Positions 1-14,968 of a DNA stretch of 64,000 nt are shown piece by piece. The notes under the pieces were generated by a model. That model saw only the letters and a program-made list of their open reading frames with translations. It did no database searches and had not been told where the DNA came from. A program made the translations under genes and the position numbers. Location of the stretch: NCBI GenBank assembly GCA_002104945.1, contig MCFH01000024.1:687209-751208 (forward strand). The letters are read 5' to 3'. This DNA is from Piromyces finnis finn (Eukaryota; Fungi; Neocallimastigomycota). Within the stretch, counting starts at the first letter, position 1. Every line of letters begins with the position of its first letter.

Positions 1-607
1 GTTGGGTTATAATATTCAGGTAAGTATTAATGCACTTTCTAATTTACTATTATGATAATAACATTCGTCTAGCCGGCCTGAGAGGGTCAAAGTGTACATG
101 ATGCATTTCAAATTAGAACTTTATAAGTGGTGATTTAGACTATGCCAAATATACAAGCAATATTTAAGTGAAAAAATTAGGTTGACACGTGATCAAACTG
201 ACTATATGGCATTACCATTTTTTAATCTTAAAATTTTTCAAATAATAATTTTTAATATATTAAGGTATACAAAAGATAAATTATTGGATAAAATCTTTTT
301 CTCAAAAAATTAATTACTAATATTTTATTTTTTTTCAAAAAAATATATTGTTGCACATTAATAAAAACAATTTGGTATTATTTATTATTATTTTATATAT
401 TTTTTTTTTTTTTCTCCAAATAAAACTTCAATTATAATTTAACACAGACATTCCATATTTCCTTATCTTTATAATTGAAGATTTTTATTTATTTTTTATT
501 ACATGTTTTATTTTATTTATTTTTTATTATTATGAATTTTTTCATAATTTTATAATTTTTTTTTTTAAAGTTCTTTTTTTTTTTTTTTTTATTTTCATTA
601 TGTGTAA

Positions 608-3600
608 TTAATCTTTACTTTCTAAAGCATTTCTTAATTCAAAGTAACAGGAAGCAATCTTTAACTTCTTTTTTAATATTTTACCATTAGGGAGTTTAAC
701 AAATTGTGCTGAATTAATATTACCATCTTTATCATAAAGTTCCGCTATATCTTCTGGATTAGCTGTTTGCTTTTTATTGTCATGCTGATCATTATCAATA
801 CACTTTTCGAGAAGGTCAGAGAACCAGTTAAAGTATTCCATAATAATAAGTTTATTTTCGTGTATATCCAAATCATGATAAGTTCTTATTATTTCCTTTT
901 TCATATTACGAATATTACTGTAGGATTCTTGGAATTTAAAGAACATTAATGAATTATTTTTATTATAATAAGTGAAATTTTTTGGTTGATTAGATGTAGG
1001 AGTTTTAACATTATCAATATTAAAAACGGTATCTCCTCCTAAATCTTGAATAAATGGTCTTTTAAAGTGTGTATCTAAAAAGTTTTCAATACTAATAAAA
1101 ACAATTAAAAAAAAAATGATAAAAAGATATTATACATTTGTAAATTATTAGATTTTATTAAAAAGCAATGCTCTTATAATCATTAATTACTATTATTATT
1201 TCAATAATAAATGTTAATACTAATTATTTTTTAAATTTACCTTTTAGAATGGCTATTACCTAATTCCATTGTGAGAATATCGTTCCATGGTTTGAAATCG
1301 CTTTCCAGTAATTCTGTGCAGTAGTCGAAAGCTTGAGTAATTTGAAGTTTTGGCTCAATAGTTATTGTCTGTGAAATGTTTTCCTTTTTACCTCTTAAAA
1401 GAAGTACCATATTAAGAATAACTGACAGAGCTAATAAAGCTGAAACTATAATTGTAATTAAATTAAAATCACTCTTTTTTTCTTCTGTTGAATCTGGCGT
1501 GGTTTCTGTATTGTTATAAGAATGAAGCATACTTTTTGATCTCATAATTTGTGTTGCCACTGGAGTTGAAGCAGTAGCACCACCATTATTAGATGACTCT
1601 ATACTTTCTATTACATCACCATTTTCATTTGTATTAGCCAATCTTTCACATTCAGGTATAATGGCAGAAAGAGTACCTTCAGCAGATTCTACTAAACCCT
1701 TTAATGTTGGTGATTTAATTGCATCTTTATATATACATATATATATAGTTTTAATACATATATATATTATATATATTATATATATGTATTATTTAATATT
1801 ATATAAAACACTTACTTTTAATAATGTAATTTGGACTTTTACTCCATCTAATACCAACACTAATATTAAGTTTACAAGTAGTTTCTGTTTGATAGGTAAT
1901 AATATATTTTAAAACGGGTAAAAAATATTCACCATATGGCATTTTTGGTGTTCTTGCTAAACACTCATAAACATAAAGACTTTTTATAAAGAAAAGGATT
2001 ATTAATTTATTAATTATATTAAAATTTAAAAAATTTATATATATAAAAATGATGAAATAATTACAGATATTCATCACTTTTGAGTAAAATTTGAGACTCT
2101 TCTGTAATAGTTTCCTTATCCTTAACTATTTAAATATTATCATATAAAAAAATAATAATAAAAATTAAAGATTGTTTTTTTTTTATTATTATTTTATTTT
2201 ATTTTATATTTATATTTATATATTTTTATTTAATTTTGTATTGTTACCTAAAACATTATTTACAGGAATCATATATTTAACTAATCTTTCATTATTACCA
2301 TCCTTATTTTTAGCCCATTCACCAACGGTCATATCTTTTAATAAATATTAAAATATATTAAACATAAATTATATTTTAGTATTATAGCATTATTAATGTT
2401 AGTAGTATAATTTGTTAATTCCAATAATAAATTATATTTGATTAATATATGATAAGGAATTCTAAAATTAAATGAAAAAAATAAACAAATTGTAAGAACT
2501 TACCAAATTCTTTTTTTTTGTCTCTAATTTTTTGTTGTAATGAAACATCTTCTCCATAAAGAATGTCATTTAACTGTTTTGCTGGAATTGGTAATATGAC
2601 TTCTCTTACCTTTTTTTCCAAAACTTCATTAAAAACAATTGGACCTGATGGTTTTGGTATGTTTGGAGGTAAAGAATATTTATTATTATTTGAAGCAGAT
2701 GATGAAGTTTTATTGGTATCAGTTTTTTTAGTATCAACTTCTTTTTTACTCATTTTTGGTGATTCTTATTAAAATAAATTATCAACATCAATAATAATAA
2801 TGATAATAATAATAATGTATAATAATGTATAATAATGTATAATAATAAATAAAATATAATTTGTGGATTTTTATTAATTGAAACACAAATATTTTAATAT
2901 ATATTAATATATATATTATGAAATATGAATATAAACTTACCGGTTTTTGATAAAGTTGTTGTAGGTGTACTTTCTTTATTTTCCTTAGTTACTTTTAATG
3001 GTTCAATTTTTTCAACTTCAACTTCTTTTTTTTCTACTTCGTTATCTTTCTTTTTAGTATTCGATTCTTGTTTTAATTCTTCAATTGATTCGAAATTCAT
3101 TGAATTGCTAATTATTGATATCAAGTTAAAAAATAAAAAAATTTATAATTCATATTATTAATTTTATAATTGAAATATATAATTAAATTGTTCTACTATA
3201 TCTAATATATTATTATTACTTTTCAGTTTCATTTAAATTTTCTATCATTGATTCATCAATACTTTCACTATCGTCGCTAATTTCATCATCTCCATAAATT
3301 TTATCAAAAATTTCCTGAGCATTTAATTGCTATAATATTTAAATATAATATTAACAAATTATATTGGTTGAAATAAAATATAAACTTTTGTAAACTTACT
3401 ATTTTTGAAGTATTGTTTTCCCAAATAGTATTTAAAATTCTATACACCTTAGTCATATCCTTCAAATACATCTTAATGATATACTATTCATATTAAAAAA
3501 AAAATTGTTGTCATAAAAATAATTGTTTCATTAGAATCATATCAACATTGAATTTAATAAAATTTTTGACTGACCTCGTTATTTTCACTTTCATTAGTTT

Positions 3601-5676
3601 TAATTGAAATAATGTTATAAACCACACCAGCCTGACTATCAATTGAGATAATATCTCTAAATGGAATTTTATACTATATATAAATTGTGAATAAATTTAC
3701 AGTTAAAAGATTTTCCATTGTATATAATTAAGATGTATATTCCATTAATAATTTTATATAAAATTACCTTTGTAACGTATTTAAAAATTTTTGAATAAAA
3801 GTAAATATAATCGATAGTTAAAAAAATACTTCCTTGAATAGTAACGCCATGCTGAATAGCACATGAACAATCTTTTTTTTTTTTTTAGATTTTTTTTTAA
3901 AATAAAAAAAAATATGTTTAATTTTTTAATTATAAATAATTAATATATTCTTTTATATTGATATATTCTTAAGTTACATACTATATATTAAATATTCGTC
4001 TTCTTTAATATCCTCAAAAATTGCATGAAATTCCTTATTTCTATTTTCGTATTGTTCATTTTGATAAATAATTACATTGGGTGTCAAATGAATATTGTTA
4101 ATTCGACCTTTGAAGGAACGAGATAAGTATTCTCCATCCTCGTCTTCATCTTCAATTTTTAATTCATCATCTGATAAAGTTTCTACAATATCACCAGCCT
4201 TTTGATTATCTTCAATTGTATTACTTAGATTTTTTAATTTTTCATGTTTTGCTATTTCAAATGTATTCAACCATTCTTTTAATTCATTTTCACTTTCAGC
4301 TATAAAATTACAATACAATAATAAAAAAATTGATAATTAAAATTTTAATGTCTTTATTATAATCTAATCCTTATCAATAGGAATATAAAAAATTTTCATA
4401 CCTTGTAAAATATACGTTCTAATAGTTTATTCATTTAACAAAAAATAAATAATTATAAATAGCATTAATATAACATAATTTTTATGTATATTTAAAATTT
4501 TTTTAATTACTTTTTTGCTGTTATAACAGAAAAACAGAATCTTCTTTCATTATTAGTTTCTTCTTTAACTTCACAAAGTAAGATATTTATTGGAGTAGAT
4601 GTCCATACAAAGCCTCTCTTTTTTCCTGATGAACTTGTCATTGAATATTTAAAAACACCCTTTTTAATACTAAAATATCTTCTACTCCATCCTTTTTGAT
4701 ACTTTTTATATAGCCATCCTGATTTTTCATATTTTGGTCTTGATGAATCCTATTAATTAATATATTTAATTTATAATTTATTGATATTCAAAAATAAATA
4801 AAAATAAGAGGAAACATTTAAAATTAAATATACAATATTAATTATAATATTAATATATATATAGCCATAATTACATTTTCAAATGACTCTTTCATTTTAT
4901 TGTAATATGATATATTCTATAAAAATAAAATAAATTGTTAATTGAGTAAATAGATATGTATTTACTATTATTCCTCCTTTCATATTATTAATAAGCACTT
5001 ACTTCATCTAATTTGCTTTTAAGACTATTAAAATCAGGCTTTACTGAATTGAATGAATTAAGAATTGAGTTGTGATAATTAACATTTTCATTATAAAAGA
5101 AATTAAACTATAGAGAAATAAGTTAAATATGAGTTTACTTAAAATTAATATATTGATAATTCTAGAACATAATATTTAAATATATTGAAATACATACTAT
5201 ATTATGTATTAATTGATTTAATTTAGTTTTGAAAGTAATGATACATTCACATAATTCAATTCCATTAGTAATAAACTTCTTTTTCATTTCTTCAGCTTGA
5301 TTATACATCTTTCAAATTTTATTGATAATATATTTGTGGTTTTAATATTAATTATTTATTAATCCTTTTATAATAATAATTTTTAAAATTATATTACTTC
5401 AGTTAGGACAACTTGATCTTTTGATTTTGATGCACCTGAATATTTATTAAGAATACTTTCATATTTATCCAATGATTTATCATATATATGTTTTTTTTCC
5501 TATTAATATATAATAAGGTTTATCTTAATATAAAAAAATAAAAGATAAATTGAATAAGATTTGTTATTACATAAATATCTTTTGAAGCAGCTTGACAAAA
5601 ATCATATAATTCAGAAATAATTTTTTCAAATAAATCATCTACCTAAATTTAATTTAATTAAACGACATTTTACCAA

Positions 5677-5707
<31 letters not shown>

Positions 5708-6365
5708 ATAAAAATTTAGTTATAATTATTTTTATTATTATTGTTATTATGATTATGACTATGATTATGATTATGATTATAATAAATAAATAAGAATAAA
5801 ATACCATATTAATTTTGTAAGAATATATAATACTGATATTATCGTTGAATATTTGAATAATATTTTTACTAATATTATCTTTAATTTATATACATATATA
5901 TATATAAATATTATATATAATTAGTCATATTGTAATTTCATATATTTTATATTATTAAAAATTAATAGAATCACTATTTACCGAGAATATCTTTATCCTT
6001 GAATATCAAAAATCTTTTGATAATGCTGTCATTGAAATCATTACATTCTTTTATTTTTTATTTATATATAAAATTTTAACAAAGTAAATAAATAAAAAAG
6101 ATACATGAGTTAATAATTTTTCATAAAATTTACAATATAGTACTTTAATTTAAAATTTACTCATATATTCTTTTGTATAAAGTTCTATTAATTTTGTTAG
6201 GCCATCAAGTAATTTAATAAATTCACTAAGTTGGTCTTCAAAATAATTAACACTTGCCCTGAATTTTGGTGAATCAATTGTTGCTAATTTCACATTGATA
6301 AAACATATTGGATTATATACATCGTCAGCTATTTTAGCTAAGTTTGCATCACTATTTTGAGTCAT
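608..6365 (-). CDS. LAM1: LAM/Sip3/Ysp1-family membrane contact-site lipid-transfer protein (BAR-PH-GRAM-VASt/StARkin-TM), multi-exon
   Basis: N-terminal 'TIDSPKFRASVNYFEDQL' is a Sip3/Ysp1-type BAR start. PH domain 'KSGWLYKKYQKGWSRRYFSIKKG...RRFCFSV...RTYILQAESENELKEWLNTF' (~4230-4750). GRAM 'NRNKEFHAIFEDIKEDEYLI' onward (~3420-4050). VASt-like 'VILPIPAKQLNDILYG...MTVGEWAK...RLVKYMIPV' (~1820-2650). TM segment 'IITIIVSALLALSVILNMVLLL' (~1370-1440). GT-AG introns between the exons. Confidence 0.85.
2811..2846. repeat. 10-bp tandem repeat (aataatgtat), ~3.5 copies, in a LAM intron
   Basis: aataatgtat aataatgtat aataatgtat aataat. Confidence 0.9.
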
Positions 6366-7026
6366 GCTATTATTATGTTAATATATTTTTAATTATTATA
6401 ATTAATACATTAATTTAATTGAAAACAAATAGGATAAATAATTCAAATATATAAAAATTATATATATTTATTTTATATTTATTTTTAAATTAATTTATTA
6501 CTTTTTTTTATTTTTATTTTTTTGCTTTTATCTTTTATTTTTTATTTATAACTGCATATAATTACATATAATTAAATTGCTATTTTTATTTTCTTTGATA
6601 AATGTATACTGACTAATAGATATAAAAATAATTATTCACTTTGTTGATGTTTTAATAAAAACATATTTCAATGCTAAATTGTTTAAATAAAAAGGATATC
6701 TTTAATTAGTATTTTCTTTTTTGTCCTTGGAAAGTGATAAAATGAGCATAATAATTAAATACCTACCTTAGCTATTTATTTATTTATTTAATAAATTTAA
6801 TTTCTTTTTTAATATATTATATAAATATTGGAAATTTAATATTTTTACTTTTTCATAACCATTGAAATTTGAAATGAATAATTTTTTTATTATTATTTAA
6901 TTTTATTAATTTAATTAATATTGTTATATTTTTCCTTTTATTCAATTATATACATATATATTTTTTGGATAAAAAAAAATAAGTGTTTTTCACTTTTAAT
7001 TATTATTTTTTTATATATATATTTTA

Positions 7027-7060
<34 letters not shown>

Positions 7061-9033
7061 CCAAGAATTAAAATTTTAATTTTTTTTCTTTTAAATAATC
7101 TTAATACTTTCCTTTTATATTCATTATTAAAAAATTAATATAATTCAAATATTGTTTTAATTAAATTTTTATATATTAAATTAAACTTGTTGGATTTTTA
7201 TTATTCAAAGAAACTTTAAAAATAATATCATTAAAAAAAAAAAAAATAATAGAATATACATTTGTCATTCATTTAAAGTATAAATAAATAAAATATTGAT
7301 CTTAACAATTGATTATTAAGTTTTTTTTGTTAGTTAATTAATTATAGCAATTAATGGTGGATAAACCATAACTATCTAATAAAATAAAAAAAAAGTTTGT
7401 ATTTCCTTTTCGATTTACATATTGAAAGTTAATAAATCATTAATAATAAATTTTTATATTAAAATATATTTTCAATAAAGATAAAGCATATATAATATAA
7501 AAAATAACACAAAAATTAGAAAATTTGATATAAATAATATAAAAGTGTTTAAAAAAAAAATGGTCTATTTTAATTATTTCATTTCATTTCAAATAAATAA
7601 ATTGTTAACAATTAGACCAAATTAAAGCCAAACTAATAAATATACATAAGAACATTTTGTACAGATTTTTAATAAAATTTAGTATTATTTTTAAAGAGTA
7701 ATAATTATTTCTTTTTAATAGAAAAAATTTCTTTAAAATCTATAATTAATTTATCGTTAATAGAATTTATTACCATACATTTATAAATAAGTATTATATT
7801 AAAAAGAAGCTAATTATTTAGATATACTATATTTTTACTATTATTACTGTTGTTTAAAATAAAATCTCTCTTTTTTAATCTGTAAAAGATACCAAAAAAA
7901 AAAAAACGACAGGTTTAAAAAACATATAATTCATTTTTTATAGTATTTGAGTTTTGAGATTTGAGATTAAATTATATAAATTAAAATTAACTAATAATAT
8001 ATCTGTAATATTACTAAATATATTTAAATATATATTAATATATTATTCTATTCATTTTATATATAAAGATATAACCTTTAAAAAACATAATATTACAAAG
8101 GTTATCAATCATTTTAATATATATTAATTTTTTATTTATAACTTTTTTTTTTTTTAAAAAAATAAGAAATTTATTAATTGAATGTCTTAATTAGAATTAT
8201 CGAACCATTATATTAACTAAATTAAATTGACAAAATAATTTGATATTTAATCTATCTGTTGACTTTATTATCATTTTTTAAAAAGATATTATTAATTGAA
8301 TAATAAAAAGAATAAGTAATTTAATTATTATAATATTATTTTTCAATTCAATTTCATTAAAAGAAATGCAATAGTCGAAGAGAGACTTTGTATAAAGTAC
8401 TATATTGAAAATCAAAATTAATTTTAAACTTTATATATTTAATACCAATTATCAATTGGAAATATCTAATAATCATTAATCATTTATTTTTTATTTATAA
8501 TTAATAAAAATTCATTTAATTAAATGTAATTCAATTATTACATATTTATAAATTTTTATAAATAGTAAACAGAAATAAATAGCATATAACATTATATAAG
8601 TAAAAAGCAAATTAAATATTTACCATTATTCATATAAGCAATAAATTCACTATAAAAATTAAAAGGTCAATTTATCATTATTATTTCTTGAAAACAATCT
8701 TTGGAAGATATAAAAAATTATTCATAGAGTAATTATTTGTATATCAAAAGTATGATATAAAATAATAAAGAAAAATAAAAATATTAATATTCTTTAAATA
8801 AAGTAGGTTTTAAATATATATAAATCATTTATTAAAATAAAATATATTTATTTAATTTTGTCTGAATGATTATAACAAATTTTTAGAAATCTAAAATTTT
8901 AACAATATTATTCTTATAAATAGCAATAGATATTTCAGTATATTCGAGTTATTTCTTTTATTTAATTTGGAATAAATTCTAAAAATATTTAAACAAATCA
9001 ATTCAAGTTTTATTTTTATAGAAATTCAATGAA

Positions 9034-11073
9034 ATGTCATTTTTAAAGTGGTTTACTGTAAATATCATAATATATATACAATATAATTTCTATTTTAAAT
9101 TTTTATTATATAAATAACTTATTAATAATATATATAATAATATAAAGGGAAGTAATACTTCTTCTAAATCTAGCAATACTAGTATAAAATCGCTTGACGA
9201 GAGATATATTGGATTTCATAATGTATTATTTTTAAATATATTATTTATTCTTTAATTTTATAAATAATAAACAATATATTTTTTCTTTCTTTCTTTTTAC
9301 TTTCTTACTCTTTTTTTTTTATTATTATAAATGAATATGTAATAAATATACTATAGTTTGGAAATACATGGTAATTAATAATTATATTAATTTAAATTAA
9401 TTTTAATATTAATATATACTCAACTAATTAATTGTTAATTGAAAAATTAATATAATTGGTTTTTAATACATAATTTTGTTATAATTTATCATTTAATATT
9501 TATAAGTTATTGTAATTCAATATTACAAGCTCTTTATCATTGTGAACCATTCAGAGAATGTATTCAATTTTATAAACCTAAAGATACCATTCCATATTTA
9601 ATACAGGATGAAAAATACAGGAATATATTTTTTAAACCGAAGTCAACTTCTTCATCTAAAAAAAATAAATTTTCAAAAAAAGGAAGCAATTTACCTACAA
9701 CACCGGTCCAACAAAATCCAGAAAATTTATCACCCACTTCAAATATATCAACTATACCATCTAATTTATCAATAAAAAGTTCAGCGTCATCAAATGCAGG
9801 TACAAATGAACAAAAGGCTCCGAAATTAAGTAATAGAAGTGGCAAAGCTGTAGTCAGTGAAACTTTAAAAATTGTAAAAGAATTTGAGAGTGAAGAAAGT
9901 TTATTATGGGAATTAAAAAATGTATTTTTACAAATTTCATCTAATAAAAAAAAGCAAGGTTCAGTTGCTCCAAAACATTTCATAGATGTTCTTCAAAAAA
10001 AAAATGGTAAAATATTACATCAATAGTTATAAAAATTGAATTAAATATATTTGATTGACTCTGAAATGAGTTATATTTAATATATTTATTTTTATCAATA
10101 TTTAATAGAAATATTTAGAGGTACTCAACATCAAGATGCTCAAGAATTTTTAAACTTTTTATTAAATTCTATTTCCGAAAGTTTATCAAATTACCAAAAT
10201 AAATTATTAAAAAGATGGGATCAACATATTGAAGAAGAAAATAATAAGAAAAAAGCAAAAGAAGCAAAAAAAAAGGACTGTAAATATTATTATATATATA
10301 TATATTTTAATATAATATAATCAAAATAAATAATTTTTTGATAGATATTTTAACCTTATTTTTTTTTAATGATAGTAGCACATGCTCAACCAAAATCATT
10401 ATTGAATGTCGAGGAAATTCCAAAACAAAATATCTATTCTACATGGATCCATGAACTTTTTGAAGGAATACTTACAAATGAAATTAAATGTTTAAATTGT
10501 GAAAATGTATATACATTATAAATTTTAAATAATAATCTATAAAATATATTTAATTTTAAATTATTAGATTATTAATTTTTATTATTTTATTTTATTTTAT
10601 TTTATTTTTCTATATAATGTAGGTATCATCAAGGGATGAATCATTCTTTGATTTATCAGTAGATATTGAACATAACACATCCATTTCTTCATGCTTAAAG
10701 AATTTTTCATCATCAGAAAGATTATGTCAAAAGAATAAGTTTTATTGTGATACTTGTTGTGGATTACAAGAAGCAGAAAAAAGGTATATATTGTTTTAAT
10801 TTTAAGTTAATTTTGAATAGATTTGAATAGAAATATTAATAATCAAAACTCAAAATAATTTTATTTATTTATAACATATAAAACATATATATAAACTTAT
10901 AATTGTATAAAAGAATGAAAATAAAAAGAGCACCAAACATTTTGGCCCTTCATCTTAAAAGATTTAAGTATGAAGAAAGGTTAAATAGATATGTAAAATT
11001 ACCATATAGAGTACTTTTCCCTACAGAATTGCGTTTATCAAATATGGTAAATTAATATATTTATTAAAAGTTG

Positions 11074-11141
<68 letters not shown>

Positions 11142-11393
11142 TAGAGTGATAAAGCGGAAAATCCAGATAGACTTTATAATTTAATTGCTGTTACTATTCA
11201 TATTGGAAAGTAAGTTTTTAAGAAAATTATTATTTTATATAATATAAATTCTAATATTTAATCATTTGTCTTATAATAGTGGTCCATATCATGGTCATTA
11301 TGTTACTGTTGTAAGAGGAAAAAGTACATGGTTAATGTGTGATGACGAAAATGTTGAGGTAATTAGTAATTTAGATAATAATTTATTTTTAAT

Positions 11394-11424
<31 letters not shown>

Positions 11425-11883
11425 AGCTTTTATATAATATATTTATCTAATAATCTATATAATTTTATTTTTATTTTTTTATTTTTTTTTATTTTTTTTT
11501 TTCCATAGCCTATTGATGAATTAGTACTTCAATCATTCTTCGGGGATTTAAATAATTATAGATGTGGTTACATTTTTTTCTATCAAGCTGATGACTTTAA
11601 GGTTGATTCTATGATTACTTTAAGAGATACTAGTAACAATAAACTCAATAATAAGGAAAATATTATAGAAGAATTAATTACTAGTAATGTCAATGAAGCA
11701 ACAAATCCAAATACTCAAAATAATACATATTTAACTGCACCTGTAAACCCAATAAATGATAGTTTTTCATCAAATCCGGAAAGTGAAATTTTGGAAAGTG
11801 AACAAGATAATTCAATTGATTTAACTTCTTTAAATCTCTCTGAAGAAGTTAATGAGACTTTAGAAGAAAATAAAACAAAATAG
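9034..11883 (+). CDS. Ubiquitin-specific protease, USP12/USP46 (Ubp9/Ubp13) family, multi-exon
   Basis: Spliced Cys box 'ERYIGFHN|FGNTC|[12 protein letters not shown]', '[13 protein letters not shown]', '[21 protein letters not shown]', '[17 protein letters not shown]', '[10 protein letters not shown]', His box 'GPYHGHYV...WLMCDDENV', and 'GYIFFYQ'. Probable start exon MSFLKWFT at 9034 is less certain than the rest. Confidence 0.92.
11074..11141. repeat. (AAT)n microsatellite, ~22 units, filling most of a USP intron
   Basis: Uninterrupted ataataat... run ending just before the intron's ttag acceptor. Confidence 0.95.
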
Positions 11884-12570
11884 AATATGCATGAACAAAA
11901 ATAAATATAAAGTAATTAAAATAAAAAAAAAAAAAAAAAATTAGTAATATTAAATGAAGGGGAATAAAAAGTTATTTAATGAATTTATAATCATATCTAA
12001 ATACATTTTTTATTTTAAATTTTCATAATAAAAATAATTATCTATTATTAAATATTATTAAGTAAGTAAATTAGTATTAGTCTTGTAATTAAGTATCTTT
12101 TTATTTTATTTTATTTATACATTATTATAAACATTATTTTATTTATAAATCTTTTTATAAATCTTTTTTTTTTTTCCTTTTTCTTTTAAAATTAATACAC
12201 ATAAGCTACATTTAAGTGTAATAATAACTTTTTTATAAATATATGTATAAAATAAAATATTATTCCAATATAAACATATAATTATATAATAATGAAAAAA
12301 AAAAGAAAAAAAAAAGAAAATTTTTTTAATCTTTAGTCTTTAAAATAAATACTTATTTGATATAATTTGTATAAAAACTTCCATTTTAAATCTTAATTTT
12401 ATTTATTTATTTATTTATATATTTATATATTGTTTAACAATCAAGTTATTTTGTTTTATAATTTTTATTTTTTTCGTATATTTATTAAAATAATTGCTAA
12501 TGAATATTTAATTGAAAAAAAAAAAAAAAAAATTAAATCCTTTATTTAAATATTAATTTATTATTTTCAT

Positions 12571-13390
12571 TTATTTTCTCTTTATCTTTTTCTTTTCTAA
12601 TTCCAAAACCTTTTGTACTCTTTCTATTATAGATTCTTGCACTGTTTTCCCTGGTACCATTTTACAACTTTCAGCATTATATGGTGGACTAATAGTAACT
12701 TCATCCATAACAACAATTGATTTATTATTCCATGAACATGGCATTGTTTTACTAAGAGCATCAAAAATTTGTTGAGCTTCTTCAGTAACCCAACACCAAT
12801 TCTATTTTGACGTTGGAATTCTTCCTTTAATGCCTTCTTTTCTTTATTAATGATATCATCAATATTTACTGGACAAACTGGAACAAGTGTAGATAATGAA
12901 TTGCTGTATGGATCGTTTTGATTCTTTTTAGGTTTTGATTCTCCTTCAGTTGTTGAGGATGTTATAGTATCAGTAGTTTCATTATTATTTTCTTCTGTTT
13001 TTGTTGATGAAGATGTATTAGATATATTTTTAGTATCATTCTTTGACTTTGTACTATTGGATTGAGCTTTTTCATTAGTCTTTGATATATCATTGCTTTT
13101 TTCATTTTCAGTAGTAGCTGTTTCTTTTCAGTAGATGGTATTGAAATTTCCTTAATATAACTGATTTTAACAATTCTGAAGTTATACTTTGGATGAGTTC
13201 CTGGAATTTCTACACCATTTTCTGGTTTACATTTTTGTTGAAGAACAACAACATTACTAATTTTATCATATGTAAAAATTTGACCTTCAACTTCTTCTCC
13301 ATTTTCTAATTTCAACTTAACCCATTGAGCCAAGTGTGGAAATTGAGAATGAAGGAGTGAAAGCTCACTCATCGCTAATTGGTTTTGCAT
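12571..13390 (-). CDS. LSM12: LSM12 (Lsm domain + C-terminal AD domain); intronless; two apparent -1 frameshifts
   Basis: Lsm fold 'QWVKLKLENGEEVEGQIFTYDKISNVVVL...NFRIVKISYIKEI'. AD domain 'RIGVG/VTEEAQQIFDALSKTMPCSWNNKSIVVMDEVTISPPY'. The frame must shift at homopolymers ~13125-13128 and ~12789-12791 to join these parts. Confidence 0.88.
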
Positions 13391-14968
13391 TTTTCTTTAT
13401 TATATTTATTATTATTACTTTATTTATTTTTTTGTTTTTGTTTTTATAAATTTGCTATTGTCTAATAAATTAAATATGTGGTAAAAAATAAAGATTAAAT
13501 ATAAATAAATAGTTAATAGTATAAAGACATGTTTTTAATATATTGATTATTTATTAATTTTTGTTTATTTTATACCATTATTGCCGTTTGAAGTAAAATT
13601 CGAATTAAAACCAATTTTTTTAAAAAGATTAAAATTTTTAGTCAGACATTTTGGTGTTTATATATATAATGATTAAAAAATAAAAAGGTTAGATATAATT
13701 TCACAACGTTTATTTTATATTTGTTAAATCAGATAATAATTATATTTTATTTATGTTAATAATAAATAAAACATTTCAACTTATAACAACAATTTATATC
13801 TAAATATTTTGATATAGCAATTAATAATAGTTGAAAAAAAGGTAATGTGTATTATGCTATATTAATATCTTTTAGAATTAATTTGTCTCTTTTCTTTCTC
13901 TTTTCATTTTTATTATTTTTTTTTTTTTAATTTTTAATTTAGTTTAATTTTATTTTATTTTATTTTACTTTATTTTACTTTAGACTTTACTTTATATTTT
14001 TATCTTTAGTTTTCAAAATATTATTACTTTTCAATCACCCTAATCCATTTAATAAATATTACTTTTTCTATTTTTAAATCTTGTTTATTTTATTAATATA
14101 TCTTTAGCAAAAAATATTTAAAACTTAAAAATACTTTACAATAAAAGGGTTTATTATATCTATTAGAATGTATTAAATAGATTAAGAATAATTATTGTAA
14201 ATAGCTGGTATTTTTGAAATAAAAATAACAGAGGAAAAAATTTTTATAAAAATATGTTTAATCCATTAAATTATTCTAATAAATAATATATATAAATTTT
14301 TTAATAAATATTTTAATGCAAAAATTATTATAATAATTTTAAAGTAGATCAATTAATTTTAATTTATTTTATTATCATTCGTTTATTAATTAATTATTAT
14401 TTTTTTTAAAAAAAAAAATAGTATTTTTTATCATTTTAAATATTACTTAAAAAAAGATAAAAAAAAAAAGAGAGAAAAACTCGTTTCTATTTTAAATACA
14501 AAGACACAATATTTGTAATATCTCGTAAATTCAGTGTAGTGTAATGAGTAATATAAAACATAAAACAATATATAAAAGTTTTATTATTACTTTTAATAAA
14601 CTATAATGCTATACATTATTGTAAATTTATCTTAATACCTCAAAATACTTTTCACAGTTTTATTATATTCCTTTTTTTTATGAAGCATTTATATATAATA
14701 TTTGTATATAATAATTGAAATATCAAATACTCATTATACATGAAAAAATAATAATATTATTATTAATATATATTCATGTTTTTATTTCTTATATATTATA
14801 TTTTCTTTAATATTTTTTATAAATTATTTGAACAAATATTTATATAATTATATAGAATTTACAAAATCTTATAAATTTTATTTTATTAAGAAATATTGAA
14901 TAAAGAATTAAAAATATGATAACGCTATAAATATAGTTTTGATGTTTTTATATTTTTTATATTATAAT

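Noticed and set aside
9570-9983. 137-aa minus-strand ORF
   Set aside because: Antisense to a clear USP exon on the plus strand.
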